The notes: generated by a model not told the origin, from the letters alone. A stretch of 64,000 nucleotides of DNA from an uncultured Gemmatimonadales bacterium (GCA_963795085.1 CAWCFX010000006.1:128001-192000), one strand, 5' to 3'; positions 29,375-41,661 are shown, counted from the first letter of the stretch. Made by a program: numbers and translations.

Positions 29375-31075
29375 ATGGATACGCCGATTCCGCAGCCCCA
29401 TGTCTGGCAACTGCTGATGCCGAAGTGGCGAAGCGCGCTTACCCGCGGGCGCCAGGGCCGGTCGGGCGCCAGCGGCAAGGCGATCCTCCTGGGGCTGGTG
29501 GGCGTGCTGTTCTGGCTGGGGATTTTCTTCATTATGTACCGGGTGCTCAAGAGCTTCCGGGCCACCGAGGAAATCGGGACCCTGGTGCCCGGGAAGCTAC
29601 TCGGCATCATGCTGCTGGCGTTCCTGTCCATCCTGCTGTTGTCGAACCTCATCACCTCGCTCTCCACCTTCTTCATGGCCAAGGACCTCGACCTGATGGT
29701 CTCGGCGCCGGTGGACTGGCTCCGGTTTTACCTCGCCAAGCTGGCCGAGACGACGGTGCACTCGTCCTGGATGGTGATGCTGATCGCGGTACCGATCTTT
29801 ACGGCCTACGGCGTGGTGTTTGGCGGCGGGTGGCTCTTTCCGCTGGTAGTCATCGCCGCGGTGGTGCCCTTCCTGGTGATGCCCGCCGTAATGGGATCGA
29901 TTCTCACGCTGGTGCTGGTGAACGTCTTCCCCGCCCGGCGCACCCGGGACCTGCTGAGCCTGGTCGCCATCGGCGCCGCCGGGGGCGTGGTGCTGCTGCT
30001 CCGGATCGCCCGGCCCGAGCGGCTGGCGCGGCCCGAGGGGTTCCAGAACCTGGTGGATTTCATCACCGTGCTGCGCACCCCCACTACACCGTACCTGCCC
30101 AATGAATGGGCCACCAACATGGTGATGAACTGGCTGGTGCGGGTTTCCGACCCCTTGCCGATCGCCCTGCTCTGGACCACCGCCGCCGCCTTCGTCGTGT
30201 TCGGGGCCATGCTGCACCAGAAACTCTACGCGACCGGGTTCACCAAGGCCCAGGAAGGCGCCGAGAAATTCGTGCGGGGCGCCGGGTGGCAGCGGGCCGG
30301 TTCCCGGCTCTTCGGGCGGCTCTCGGCGTCCCGGCGGGAGTTTCTGCTCAAGGACCTGCGGGTGTTCTTCCGCGACGCGACCCAGTGGAGCCAGTTGATC
30401 CTGCTCGCGGTGCTCATCGTGGTCTATCTCTTCAACATCACCGCGCTGCCGCTGTTCACCGGCGAACGAGTCTCCTTTTTCCTGGTGACCCTCATCGTCT
30501 TCCTCAACCTGGGCCTGGCGGGCTTTGTGCTCGCGGCGATCGCCGGGCGGTTCATCTTTCCGTCTTTTTCCCTCGAAGGGAAGCAGATGTGGCTGCTCCG
30601 TTCCAGTCCGCTCGATCTCCGGGCGCTGTTGTGGAGCAAGTTCTGGATCGGGACCGCCCCGCTCCTGGTGCTGGCGCTGGTGATCACGGTGCTGACCAAC
30701 ACGATACTGCAGGCATCGCCCTTCATGATGGGCGTGAGCGTGGTGACGATTCTCCTGCTGACCTTTGCCATCTCCGCCCTGGCGCTCTGTTTCGGGGTGC
30801 TCTATCCCCAGTTCGATACCGAAAATGCGGCCCAGATCCCCACCAGCTTCGGGGGCCTGGTCTATATGATGGCCGCCGTGAGCCTCCTGGGCCTGGTGAT
30901 CATGATCGAGGCGCGGCCGGTCATGGAGTATCTCCGGTCCCAGCAGTACGGCGGCACCGCCAACCTCACCGGCGAACTGTTGTTCTCCGGCGCCTGCGTG
31001 GTCGCGATCTGTCTCGCGGCCACCATCATTCCCCTCAAGCTGGGGCTGCGCCGGATGGAAGAAATGGAGTTCTGA
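29375..31075 (+). CDS. ABC-2-type exporter permease
   Basis: Many TM segments, two-fold internal organisation, SLEGKQMWLLRSSP; GAGG RBS before ATG 29375. Confidence 0.85.
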   Translation: MDTPIPQPHVWQLLMPKWRSALTRGRQGRSGASGKAILLGLVGVLFWLGIFFIMYRVLKSFRATEEIGTLVPGKLLGIMLLAFLSILLLSNLITSLSTFFMAKDLDLMVSAPVDWLRFYLAKLAETTVHSSWMVMLIAVPIFTAYGVVFGGGWLFPLVVIAAVVPFLVMPAVMGSILTLVLVNVFPARRTRDLLSLVAIGAAGGVVLLLRIARPERLARPEGFQNLVDFITVLRTPTTPYLPNEWATNMVMNWLVRVSDPLPIALLWTTAAAFVVFGAMLHQKLYATGFTKAQEGAEKFVRGAGWQRAGSRLFGRLSASRREFLLKDLRVFFRDATQWSQLILLAVLIVVYLFNITALPLFTGERVSFFLVTLIVFLNLGLAGFVLAAIAGRFIFPSFSLEGKQMWLLRSSPLDLRALLWSKFWIGTAPLLVLALVITVLTNTILQASPFMMGVSVVTILLLTFAISALALCFGVLYPQFDTENAAQIPTSFGGLVYMMAAVSLLGLVIMIEARPVMEYLRSQQYGGTANLTGELLFSGACVVAICLAATIIPLKLGLRRMEEMEF

Positions 31076-31089
31076 CCCTGGAAACCGAC

Positions 31090-32118
31090 ATGATCGATCT
31101 TTTCAGCGACACCGCCACCCGCCCCTCGGCCGCCATGCGCCGCGCCATGGCGGAAGCCGAGGTGGGCGACGAGCAACGCAAACTGGACCCTACCGTAAAC
31201 CGGCTCCAGGCAATGGCCGCGGACATCGTCGGCAAGGAGGCCGGCCTGTTTCTCCCCTCCGGCACCATGTGCAACCAGATCGCCTTTGCCGTCCACTGCC
31301 GCCCGGGCGACGAGATCATCATGGATGTCCTGGCCCACCCGTTCCATCATGAAGGGGGCGGCCCGGCAGCGGTCAGCGGGACCCTGATTCGCCCGGTCGC
31401 GGGGACCCGCGGCGTGTTCACCCCCGACCAGGTGTCCGCCGCCATCCATGGCAGCGCCTACGGGCACTCGCGCACCCGGGCGATCTCCATCGAGCAACCA
31501 GCCAGCGATGCCGGCGGCACCCTCTGGCCGCTGGACGCCATGCGCGCGGTCTGCCAGCGGGCCCGCGAGCATGGCATGGCGACGCACCTCGATGGCGCGC
31601 GGCTGCTTAACGCGCAGGTCGCCTCCGGCATCCCGGCCCGGGAGTATGCCGCGACGTTCGATTCGGTATGGATCGACCTGAGCAAGGGGCTGGGCTGCCC
31701 GGTGGGCGCGGTACTGACCGGGTCACGCGCGTTCATCGAAGAGGCATGGTACGTGAAGCACCGGCTGGGCGGCGCGATGCGGCAGGCCGGTATCATTGCC
31801 GCGGCGGGTGTCTATGCGCTGACCCACAACATCGAGCGGCTGGCCGACGATCATGCCAACGCCCGGCGCCTCGCGGAGCAGCTGGCCGGGGTGAGGGGAA
31901 TATCCCTGGATCCGGAGCGGGTCAAGACCAATATCGTGATCTTCGAGGTCGCCGAGGCCGAGCGCCTGGCGGCCCGGCTGGAGGAGAAGGGGGTAATCCT
32001 GACGGTGCTCGGCCCGACCACCCTGCGGGCCGTCACCCATCTCGACGTCAACCGGGCCCAGGTCGACGCTGCGGCCCGCACCATCCGGGAGGCACTGGAA
32101 GGGCCCGCGGCGGGCTGA
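31090..32118 (+). CDS. ltaE: Low-specificity L-threonine aldolase
   Basis: DLFSDTATRP, PSGTMCNQ, HLDGARL and LSKGLGCPVG. Confidence 0.92.
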   Translation: MIDLFSDTATRPSAAMRRAMAEAEVGDEQRKLDPTVNRLQAMAADIVGKEAGLFLPSGTMCNQIAFAVHCRPGDEIIMDVLAHPFHHEGGGPAAVSGTLIRPVAGTRGVFTPDQVSAAIHGSAYGHSRTRAISIEQPASDAGGTLWPLDAMRAVCQRAREHGMATHLDGARLLNAQVASGIPAREYAATFDSVWIDLSKGLGCPVGAVLTGSRAFIEEAWYVKHRLGGAMRQAGIIAAAGVYALTHNIERLADDHANARRLAEQLAGVRGISLDPERVKTNIVIFEVAEAERLAARLEEKGVILTVLGPTTLRAVTHLDVNRAQVDAAARTIREALEGPAAG

Positions 32119-32120
32119 GA

Positions 32121-33068
32121 TCAGGTCCCCAGGATATCCCCGTACACCTTCCGGTCGATGTTGCCGCCGCTCAGCACCACCGCGACCCGCTTTCCTTTCA
32201 TCCGTTCCTTTTCCCGGCACAGCGCGGCCAGCGCGATGGCGCCCGCCCCCTCCGCCAGGTTGTGCGTGGCGGTGAAGTAGAGCCGCATCGCCTCTTTGAC
32301 CGCGTCGTCGGGCACCATCACCACTCGTTCCAGTCCATGGAACATGATGGCGAGCGCTTCCGGGTCCGGTACCCGGCAAGCCACCCCGTCGGCAAAGGTA
32401 TCCGCCGTCTCAGTCGCGAGCAGTTCCCGGTGGCGGAAGGAGAGGGCATAGGCGGGTGCCCGGTCACTGACGACGCCGACGATCCGGGTGGCCAGCCCCA
32501 GGGCATTGCGGGCCGCGATCAGCCCGCAGGCTCCGGACCCCATGCCAATGGGGACGAAGATGGTGTCGATGGCGGAGACAGCGCGAAACAGTTCCAGCCC
32601 GTAGCTGGCCACGCCCGATACCAGCAACGGATTGAAGGACCGCACCATGTGCAGCCCCCGCTCCCCGGCAAGCCGGGCCGCGTACTCGGCGGCGGCCTGG
32701 AAGTCACGCCCGGCTTCAATCAGCTCGACACCCAGTGCCCGCATCGCCGCGTTCTTCTCCACGCTGTTCCCAATCGGCGCGACGACAGTCGCCGGGATTC
32801 CCACCCGGCCGGCGGCAAACCCGATGCTCTGCCCGTGGTTGCCCCGGGTCGCCGTGATGACGCCGCTCGGCCGGCTCTCCACCAGGCTCGCAAGGTAGAC
32901 CAGTCCGCCCCGCACCTTGAAGGCACCGGTCGGCAGGTGATTCTCGTGCTTGACCCACACCTCGGCGCCGCAGGCCTCGGCCAGCAGCGGCCAGGCGATC
33001 TGGGGCGTCGGTGCAAGCACGGAGTGAACCACGGAGGCGGCGGATTCCAGATCGGGGAGAGAGAGCAT
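32121..33068 (-). CDS. Threonine/serine dehydratase family PLP enzyme
   Basis: KHENHLPTGAFKVRGG, ATRGNHGQS and LSGGNID; ATG at 33068. Confidence 0.92.
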   Translation of the reverse strand: MLSLPDLESAASVVHSVLAPTPQIAWPLLAEACGAEVWVKHENHLPTGAFKVRGGLVYLASLVESRPSGVITATRGNHGQSIGFAAGRVGIPATVVAPIGNSVEKNAAMRALGVELIEAGRDFQAAAEYAARLAGERGLHMVRSFNPLLVSGVASYGLELFRAVSAIDTIFVPIGMGSGACGLIAARNALGLATRIVGVVSDRAPAYALSFRHRELLATETADTFADGVACRVPDPEALAIMFHGLERVVMVPDDAVKEAMRLYFTATHNLAEGAGAIALAALCREKERMKGKRVAVVLSGGNIDRKVYGDILGT

Positions 33069-33189
33069 GGGGATTGAGGGAAATGAGGGAATGGGGGAAT
33101 TGAGGGAATGTTGGAATTGAGGGAGTGTTGGAATTGAGTTGAGCCTCACAAATTCCACAATTTCCTCAAGTCCGACATTCCCTCAAATC
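33069..33189. repeat. AT-rich palindromic tandem-repeat element, copy 2
   Basis: Same GGAATTGAG/GGAATGTT units; core GGAATTGAGTTGAGCCTCACAAATTCCACAATT, 32/33 identical to copy 1. Confidence 0.93.
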
Positions 33190-33786
33190 CTATGGCGTAA
33201 ACACCGCCGCGCTCCCCTGCCCGTCCGTGATGATCCCGATCCCGGTTCGAGAATTGTGATAGGACCCGCTGCCATCGCCATAGTTTTCGCCAACCCCGCT
33301 TCCCTGGCGGTACAGTCCCCGCTGCATGGCGAGGGCGCGAAGGTTCACAATGGCGGCCTGGCCTTCGAATCCCGCGTTCCCCTGGTAATCGAGCCAATAA
33401 CGTCCCTGGGCCACCGGCCCGGTGAGCTGCTGTAATCCCGTCAGGTCCGCCGCTGGCAACTGGCGCCCATTGATGAAGACCCCGGTGGTCCCCCGGGAGA
33501 TATCTGCAGGGAGGTCACCGCCGATGGGCAGCAGTGGAACCGTGAATCCCATGGTGGCGCCGCCTTCCTGACCCCAGGCCCCGGAGATCTTGTCATACCA
33601 GTAACGGCCGTCCGGGACGCGGGTCTGGAAGGTCTGCTCCAGCAAGGCCAGCGTATCGGCCGGGAGCCGGGCCCGATTGATGAAGACACTGCGAGCTGCC
33701 TGTGCCTGAACGACTTCCATTATCCCTCCCGTCAGCAGGAACCCGCAGAGAGGCACTACCGCGCGTAACACTCGATCCGGCTTCAT
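33190..33786 (-). CDS. Hypothetical secreted protein with two internal repeats
   Basis: ATG 33786, signal peptide; VFIN..LP....GRYWxD..G.EG occurs twice. Confidence 0.75.
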   Translation of the reverse strand: MKPDRVLRAVVPLCGFLLTGGIMEVVQAQAARSVFINRARLPADTLALLEQTFQTRVPDGRYWYDKISGAWGQEGGATMGFTVPLLPIGGDLPADISRGTTGVFINGRQLPAADLTGLQQLTGPVAQGRYWLDYQGNAGFEGQAAIVNLRALAMQRGLYRQGSGVGENYGDGSGSYHNSRTGIGIITDGQGSAAVFTP

Positions 33787-34089
33787 AGGCCCGACCTTGT
33801 TCCAGGGTAAGGGATGGCTGCGCCCTATGCTACCACCCCGGCACTGCCCGGCGCAATTCTTCGCTGATTTTTCGGGTCGTCGTCTGATCTCGGAAACCGC
33901 CAACGACGCCAGGCGATCCTCGATGGGGATGCGGAACCGGACCGCAACCGGGGTGGCCGGCGCATCGCGGTTTTTGAGGTGGGGATCGCGGTTTTCCGGT
34001 GCCGGTCGCGGGAACCCCGTTCGGTAGGTTGGCGTGCCGTCGCATCGCGCCTGGCCGCCGGCGCACCAACGCACAGCCTGGAGGTTCCC

Positions 34090-35331
34090 ATGCACCGAAG
34101 CACCCTGCTCGCCGCCGTCGCGCTGCTGGCGCTTGTGTCCGCCTGCACCGACCGCACCCCGCCGGCCACCGCGCCCAATGGGGCCGACACCCCTGCTACC
34201 CAGTCATCCGGGCCCGCCGTTGAGCGGGAGCGGTTCCAGCGGCTGGCTCGGCATCTCGCCCGGGCCCTGCGAGACAGCGCCTTCCGGGCCACCCTTCGCG
34301 GCCGTCTCGAGGCCTCTCGATTTCCGGAGCACAAACTGCATTTCCAGGGAGTTCTGGCGGGAGACAACCAGCGCCTGCTCACCGAGATCGCCCGGCTGAG
34401 CGGCGCGCCGGAAGCCGAGCTCCGGGAGGACGCCGCCAATGCGGGCGCCATCGAGATCTATCTCCCGGTCCCGGAACACCGAAGGGCGTGGCAGGGTGAG
34501 GAGGACATCCTGGTGGCCACCGCCCTCACCGACGACGAGGCGCCTGTGGCCTGGGACACCCGTGGCGGGAAGCACCTCCTCGACCGGGCGGCGCCCCCGT
34601 CCCGGCCCGTCCTCGGGCTGGTCCCCGCCGAGACCGATTTCCAGGCCACCCGCCCGGCGGGGGCGGACTGCACCGAGGCGACGTGTCCCCCCACTGATGG
34701 GGGGAACCCCGGGGGGGGCGGCGGCGGCATTCCGAGCCCCATGGCACCCGGTTTGTACATGACCTATGCCCATACAACACAGACATTTGAGAGTTGGTTG
34801 AAGGGGAACCCCGAATTTGAGGTGCATATCCTGGGGCAGTTGGGCCAGACCGACTCCCTCGCCGACTATCAGTGCGCGGGTGAGCATGCCGGGGGGCCCT
34901 ACCAGTATGACCAGAACAGCACCGACTGGACTGGCAACGTCCTGCTCTTCAGCCAGGCCCAACTGGACAGTTACCGGGTCCAGCATCCGGGGCAAAGCAT
35001 CCGGGTCTTCATGGTGGAAGATGACGATACTGCCTGTGATATCCGAAACGGAGGCACCACGATGGAAGAGATCCTGGCGGCGGTGGACGGTGCCTATTCC
35101 ATACTGACCGGAGGCCGGGACAGTCTCGCGGGGCCTATCCGGTATTTCAGGAAGGCACGCGCGTATCAGAAGCTGCTGCAGAAGCTGGCCCAGATCATCA
35201 AGACCAACGATGAACTGGTCGGCAATGCGATCGAGGACGCCGTGGTCGGCCAGTACTACCCGGGAGCGAACTGGATCATCAAGGGCGAAAAGAACGTGAC
35301 GAACGGCTGGATCAAGCTGGTCATGAAGTAG
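34090..35331 (+). CDS. Lipoprotein, DUF3103-like
   Basis: GGAGG RBS, lipobox VSAC, ESWLKGNPEFEVHI; family assignment from memory. Confidence 0.7.
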   Translation: MHRSTLLAAVALLALVSACTDRTPPATAPNGADTPATQSSGPAVERERFQRLARHLARALRDSAFRATLRGRLEASRFPEHKLHFQGVLAGDNQRLLTEIARLSGAPEAELREDAANAGAIEIYLPVPEHRRAWQGEEDILVATALTDDEAPVAWDTRGGKHLLDRAAPPSRPVLGLVPAETDFQATRPAGADCTEATCPPTDGGNPGGGGGGIPSPMAPGLYMTYAHTTQTFESWLKGNPEFEVHILGQLGQTDSLADYQCAGEHAGGPYQYDQNSTDWTGNVLLFSQAQLDSYRVQHPGQSIRVFMVEDDDTACDIRNGGTTMEEILAAVDGAYSILTGGRDSLAGPIRYFRKARAYQKLLQKLAQIIKTNDELVGNAIEDAVVGQYYPGANWIIKGEKNVTNGWIKLVMK

Positions 35332-35360
35332 CACCCCTGCACCTCAACCGGGAGGAGAAC

Positions 35361-35963
35361 GTGCGCACCCTTCGAATGGTTCTGCCGGCACTCTGGCTCA
35401 TGGCAGGCTCCGCGTCGCTCAACGCCCAGCAGGGCTGGGGGGTCGCGCTGGAGATCGGCTCCGCCGGTTTCAGCGGACACTCCGGGTCGACCGGCGACAC
35501 GCCGGAAAGCTCCGGGCGCCCCGCCGGCACCAGCACCTGGGGGGTGCTGCTCGACCGAACCGGGCGCGCCGTTCGCTTCTCGGTGGGGGCCAGGGTGGCC
35601 TCCACCGGCGTGATGATCGAGGACGACGAGATCTCGGTGGAAGCCCGGGACGTGCTGACCCTGCTGGAGATCGCCCCCGAGGCAGCGGTCACCGTCCTGC
35701 GGCCGGAAGGCGGGGCGATCCGCCTGCATGTGGGGGTGGTGGTAGACCGCTGGAGCGCGGATGGCGTCGAAGCGCGGACCAGGGTCGGCGGCCTGGGAGG
35801 CGTGTCGTTGGAGATGCCGCTGGCCCGGCGGATCGGGATCCAGGTGCGGTGGGACGCCAGCATCACCGGGTCGGTGTTCAGGGACGAAGACTTGCCGGCT
35901 GACTTCGAGCGTCGGAGCGGCCGGCGAACCCGGTGGTCGCTGGGCGCCCGTTACCGGCTCTAG
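35361..35963 (+). CDS. Putative outer-membrane beta-barrel protein
   Basis: GGAGGAG RBS, signal peptide, C-terminal WSLGARYRL. Confidence 0.7.
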   Translation: MRTLRMVLPALWLMAGSASLNAQQGWGVALEIGSAGFSGHSGSTGDTPESSGRPAGTSTWGVLLDRTGRAVRFSVGARVASTGVMIEDDEISVEARDVLTLLEIAPEAAVTVLRPEGGAIRLHVGVVVDRWSADGVEARTRVGGLGGVSLEMPLARRIGIQVRWDASITGSVFRDEDLPADFERRSGRRTRWSLGARYRL

Positions 35964-36526
35964 CGCCTGGTGGCGCCGGCCTGCTCCGGGACCGCGGCCA
36001 CCTGGGGCCGGCCGCATGCCTCGCAGAAACGGGCTCCGTAATCGAGAGGCGCGGAACAGGCCGGGCAGACAACGCCGGTCGCCAGCCGGTCACCACAGTT
36101 GGAGCAGAACACCGCGTCCGGTTCCGGACGGGGTCCGCAGGTCGAACAGGAGAGCACGCCGGGTCCCGCCGAAGCGGAGCGAAGCGCGCGTATTTTAGCG
36201 GAGATAATTGCTTCGACGGGATCCGGCACCTCCCCTGCCTCGGCCGGCATATCGGGCGCCGCCGCCTCGGCCCGCATCGCGGTGATCGCCGATTGCGTGT
36301 AGCGGTCCCGGAGCAGTTGGTAATCCGCATCGGAAAGTTTGCCGGTCTCCCGGTCGAACTCGATTTCCTTCAGCGCGGCCATCGCCATGCCGCGGGGGGT
36401 GTCCTCGATGTCCGGGAGCAGGAATTCGGGCGGGCGGCGCCCGCCGCCCGAACCGAGCAGGGGTTCCAGGATCATAAACAACGCGACCAGCCCCACCACG
36501 AGCGCCGCCCCGATCTCAATGATCAT
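35960..36526 (-). CDS. Membrane-anchored double zinc-ribbon protein in the ccm operon
   Basis: N-terminal TM, LKEIEFDRETGKLSDADY, four CxxC motifs. Confidence 0.85.
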   Translation of the reverse strand: MIIEIGAALVVGLVALFMILEPLLGSGGGRRPPEFLLPDIEDTPRGMAMAALKEIEFDRETGKLSDADYQLLRDRYTQSAITAMRAEAAAPDMPAEAGEVPDPVEAIISAKIRALRSASAGPGVLSCSTCGPRPEPDAVFCSNCGDRLATGVVCPACSAPLDYGARFCEACGRPQVAAVPEQAGATRR

Positions 36527-37151
36527 TCATCATCCCGCTGGACCGCCCGCCGGAGCTCGGCCAGTTCTTCATCAGTGGCATCGACGGGAGAAGGCCCCCC
36601 GGGCGGTGAAGTCGAAGGGGTCCCCGCCGCCACGGCGGCTACCGATTTCCGGCGGGTTATGTAGAGCGCCAGGACGGTACCGGCAGTCAGGATGGCGGCC
36701 CCCGGCACCGCGTAACCCGCCAGGTTGAATCCCTCAGGGCGGGGAGCCATCAGCGCCTGCTCGCCGTACTGGTCCACGAACTGTTGAATGATCTGCGCCT
36801 CGCTGAATCCGGACTGATACAGCCCCAGCACCTGCTTGTGCAGCCGGGGCGAGGTCTCACAGGTAAAGTCGGTGGTGCGGCACGTGAAGATGTCCAGGTT
36901 GCACCCGCACGAGCACTTGAGCTTCTGCTCGATTTGCCTGACCGCTTCGTCGTTATCCGCCGCGGTGGCCCGCGCCCGGGGCCTTCCCACCGAGTAGGGA
37001 TCCCGCAGGGTGCCGGTCTCCCCCGTCCCGGCCAGCGAATCCTGCTGGCCGGCGACATCGCCGCGGACCAGGAAGGCCCCGCTAGCGACAACGGCTGCCG
37101 CACGAAGGAATCCCCGCCGGCTGAGGCTCCGGCCGCCCGCCGCCGCGCCGT

Positions 37152-37155
<4 letters not shown>
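36523..37155 (-). CDS. ccmH: Cytochrome c maturation CcmH-like protein with Tat signal
   Basis: SRRGFL, LKCSCGC and FVDQYGEQALMAP followed by a TM; ATGA overlap at 37155. Confidence 0.8.
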
Positions 37156-39202
<2,047 letters not shown>

Positions 39203-39206
<4 letters not shown>

Positions 39207-39628
39207 GCTTCTTTCTGCTCCTCGTACACCGCCTCGTAGCGGGAGCCGCACTTGGCGAGCAGGGTGGTCGCGTGGAAAACACCATCGGTGTTGAGCCGGC
39301 CTTCCACCACCACCTCGATGTTATCCTGGGTGTCGGTGAAGGTATCAGGCGCCATGCCACGGTAGGTCACCGGATAGCTCTTGGTCCCGTCGGTCACTTC
39401 GAAGTCGATGGTCTGGCTGGCCGCATCCCGGCGAATGGTGCCGGGGACCACCCTGGCCCCCATCTTGACGCCCACATTATGGAACGTCGGATCCTGGGCG
39501 GTCCGGGCGGCCAGTTCCGTCGGGGTGAAGAAGTAGGTGCCGGTCTGCTTGACCCCTTCATATATCATGTATGTAATCGCGGCTACGATGACGACGGCCC
39601 CGACCAGGAACTTGTGTCCTGCCTTCAT
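39203..39628 (-). CDS. ccmE: Heme chaperone CcmE (CxxxY type)
   Basis: YRGMAPDTF, VVVEG and LLAKCGSRY. Confidence 0.9.
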
Positions 39629-39687
39629 GGCGTTCTGCTCCCCGGGAGTAAGAATGGAAAATACAGCGTTGGCACCGGGAAAGTCAT

Positions 39688-40437
39688 CTAGGCCCCGCGC
39701 GCCGCGGTCAGGAAGTCCTCGACCGACCGCTTGTGCTCCCCGTATTCCGGACGGCCTCGGGCCATTTCCTCTTCATAGTGCCCCAGGAAGTCGGCGTACG
39801 CCTGCTTCAGGGCAAGCGAATCCCCCGCAAAGCGCGCCCGCGCCCCCCGGATCATGTAGGCAAACAGGTGTCCCGGGGTCTGCTGGAGGATGGTATCGGC
39901 CAGGGCCTCGACGGCGACCGCATCACCGGTATGGATGCGCAGCAGGGCAAGGTGAAACCGGGCGTCCGCATCGACCCGGCCCAGCTGGTCATACGCCATC
40001 ACCGCCATCGGGGTGAACTGGGTCACGGTAGCCATGTCGCCGGACTCCGCAGCCGACATGACCCTGTTGTAGAGCCGGTCGAAGCGTTCCCGGGGTGTCA
40101 GGCTGGAAATATCCGGCGGGGTCCCGGCCGCGTCGGCCGCGAACTGCGGGGTCGCGACGGCTGGCTTCACCACCGGCTCGCTCCGCGCCAACACGAACAC
40201 CAGGAGCACGAGGAGACCGAGTCCGGCCACCCCACTGATCACCCAGGGGGCCTTACCTCCCGGTTGACCCGCCGAGGTCCGCGTTGCCCCGCAATGGGCG
40301 CAGAAACGGCCCTGGCCGGTCAGCGGCTGGGAGCAGCCGGCACAGACCTCGCCCCCAACCGCCGTCCCGCATTCCTGGCAGAATTTTCCGGAGACCCGGC
40401 TGCCGCAGCCGGGGCAGAGGATCGAAGCATGGGGCAT
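39688..40437 (-). CDS. Double zinc-ribbon, TM and TPR-like helical protein (CcmI-like position)
   Basis: Four CxxC motifs, one TM, helical C-terminal domain; upstream of ccmE. Confidence 0.75.
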   Translation of the reverse strand: MPHASILCPGCGSRVSGKFCQECGTAVGGEVCAGCSQPLTGQGRFCAHCGATRTSAGQPGGKAPWVISGVAGLGLLVLLVFVLARSEPVVKPAVATPQFAADAAGTPPDISSLTPRERFDRLYNRVMSAAESGDMATVTQFTPMAVMAYDQLGRVDADARFHLALLRIHTGDAVAVEALADTILQQTPGHLFAYMIRGARARFAGDSLALKQAYADFLGHYEEEMARGRPEYGEHKRSVEDFLTAARGA

Positions 40438-40521
40438 CGGCGCAATTCACTCCGGTCAGGGGTGTCCGGAACAATAAAGCCTGACCATGAAGATTGGGTG
40501 AAATTGGACCGGTCCCGGCTT

Positions 40522-41568
40522 TTAGCAGGGTACACCGTGATACCAGCAGCTGGTGTGGGGGGACTGGGTGAAGAAATCGAACAGGAACTGCCCCACCTTG
40601 GTCTCCCCGGCCTGGCTGGGGTGGAACCCGTCGGTTTCGAAGTCTGCCCGGACCCAGGTGAGCCCGTCCGCGCGAGGGGTGGTGCCGTCGGCCCACAGGT
40701 ACGGGCCCCAAGCCACCCAGGGGGCCACCGTGCGGTGGTCAAGATTGCCGGAGAGCGGGTCGATGGTCCCCTTGAGGATCTGGCGGACCTGGGCGGCGAT
40801 CGTCCAGGCCATCGCCAACCCGCTTTCGTACGCGTAGGGCTCCGGGTTGTTGGTGGCCGTCGTATAGCCGGCGTAGATCCGGCTGGACACGAAGACCTGC
40901 TGCAGGTTCGGATACACGATCTTGAGGGTTCGCAGAATGTTGCCGACGCTGCGCTGGAGGTTGAAGGCATCGGCGCTGGCTGCGGGCAGCGCCACGGTCG
41001 GCGCCTTGTTCACCACTTTGAGCCAGATGACCTGGACCTGCTGATCGGTGACGTTCTGGAGCGCCAGCTCGGTCCGCACCCTCGCGTAGCTGGCTGAAAG
41101 GTACGACTCCCAGACGGGGGCCGGCTGGTTGCCGTCCGCCCCGTTCACCAGGATGAGCGCGGACGACCGGCCGGGATCAGCGCTGACCCGGCCTCCCAGG
41201 GTCCAGCTGTTGCACACCGGGCCCGGCCGCTTGCCGCAGAACTCCTGCCGGGCGCTCGACATTCCCACCGAGAGCAGGACCACCTTCCCGTTGGGCGCGG
41301 GATGCCCCGCGGCATCGAGCGGCTGGATCCGGCGGGCCGCCGCCAGCCCGTCGGTGGTGTGCCGGGCCGGCATGGTGTTGCTGCCATTGTAGAGACCGAG
41401 CTTCCAGCTGTAGTAGGTGCTCGAGGGGCTATCGGCCAGGGGAATCGGGGTGGCGGTCGCGGCGGCCGAAGCATCGAGCCCCGGGTCCAGCGGCTGGCGG
41501 TCCGGCGTGCATCCGGCGCCGAAAATCGACACGGCGGACATGGCCGCCCAAAGTGACCTGCGCTGCAT
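40522..41568 (-). CDS. Lipoprotein with SGNH/GDSL-like hydrolase fold
   Basis: Lipobox GAGC, SVGMS and C-terminal DGFHPS. Confidence 0.7.
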   Translation of the reverse strand: MQRRSLWAAMSAVSIFGAGCTPDRQPLDPGLDASAAATATPIPLADSPSSTYYSWKLGLYNGSNTMPARHTTDGLAAARRIQPLDAAGHPAPNGKVVLLSVGMSSARQEFCGKRPGPVCNSWTLGGRVSADPGRSSALILVNGADGNQPAPVWESYLSASYARVRTELALQNVTDQQVQVIWLKVVNKAPTVALPAASADAFNLQRSVGNILRTLKIVYPNLQQVFVSSRIYAGYTTATNNPEPYAYESGLAMAWTIAAQVRQILKGTIDPLSGNLDHRTVAPWVAWGPYLWADGTTPRADGLTWVRADFETDGFHPSQAGETKVGQFLFDFFTQSPHTSCWYHGVPC

Positions 41569-41661
41569 CGTTTGGCTCCCGGGTCGCGGTGCGCCACCGC
41601 GGCGCGTCTTCCCAAAAATAGGCCGGACCGGCGCCCTGTCCTGTGATCTGGGTCGCCCCCA

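Noticed and set aside
27602..32118. Long N-terminal extensions of the ABC ATPase (from 27602) and LtaE (from 30106)
   Set aside because: They overlap upstream genes out of frame; family homology starts at 28469 and 31090.
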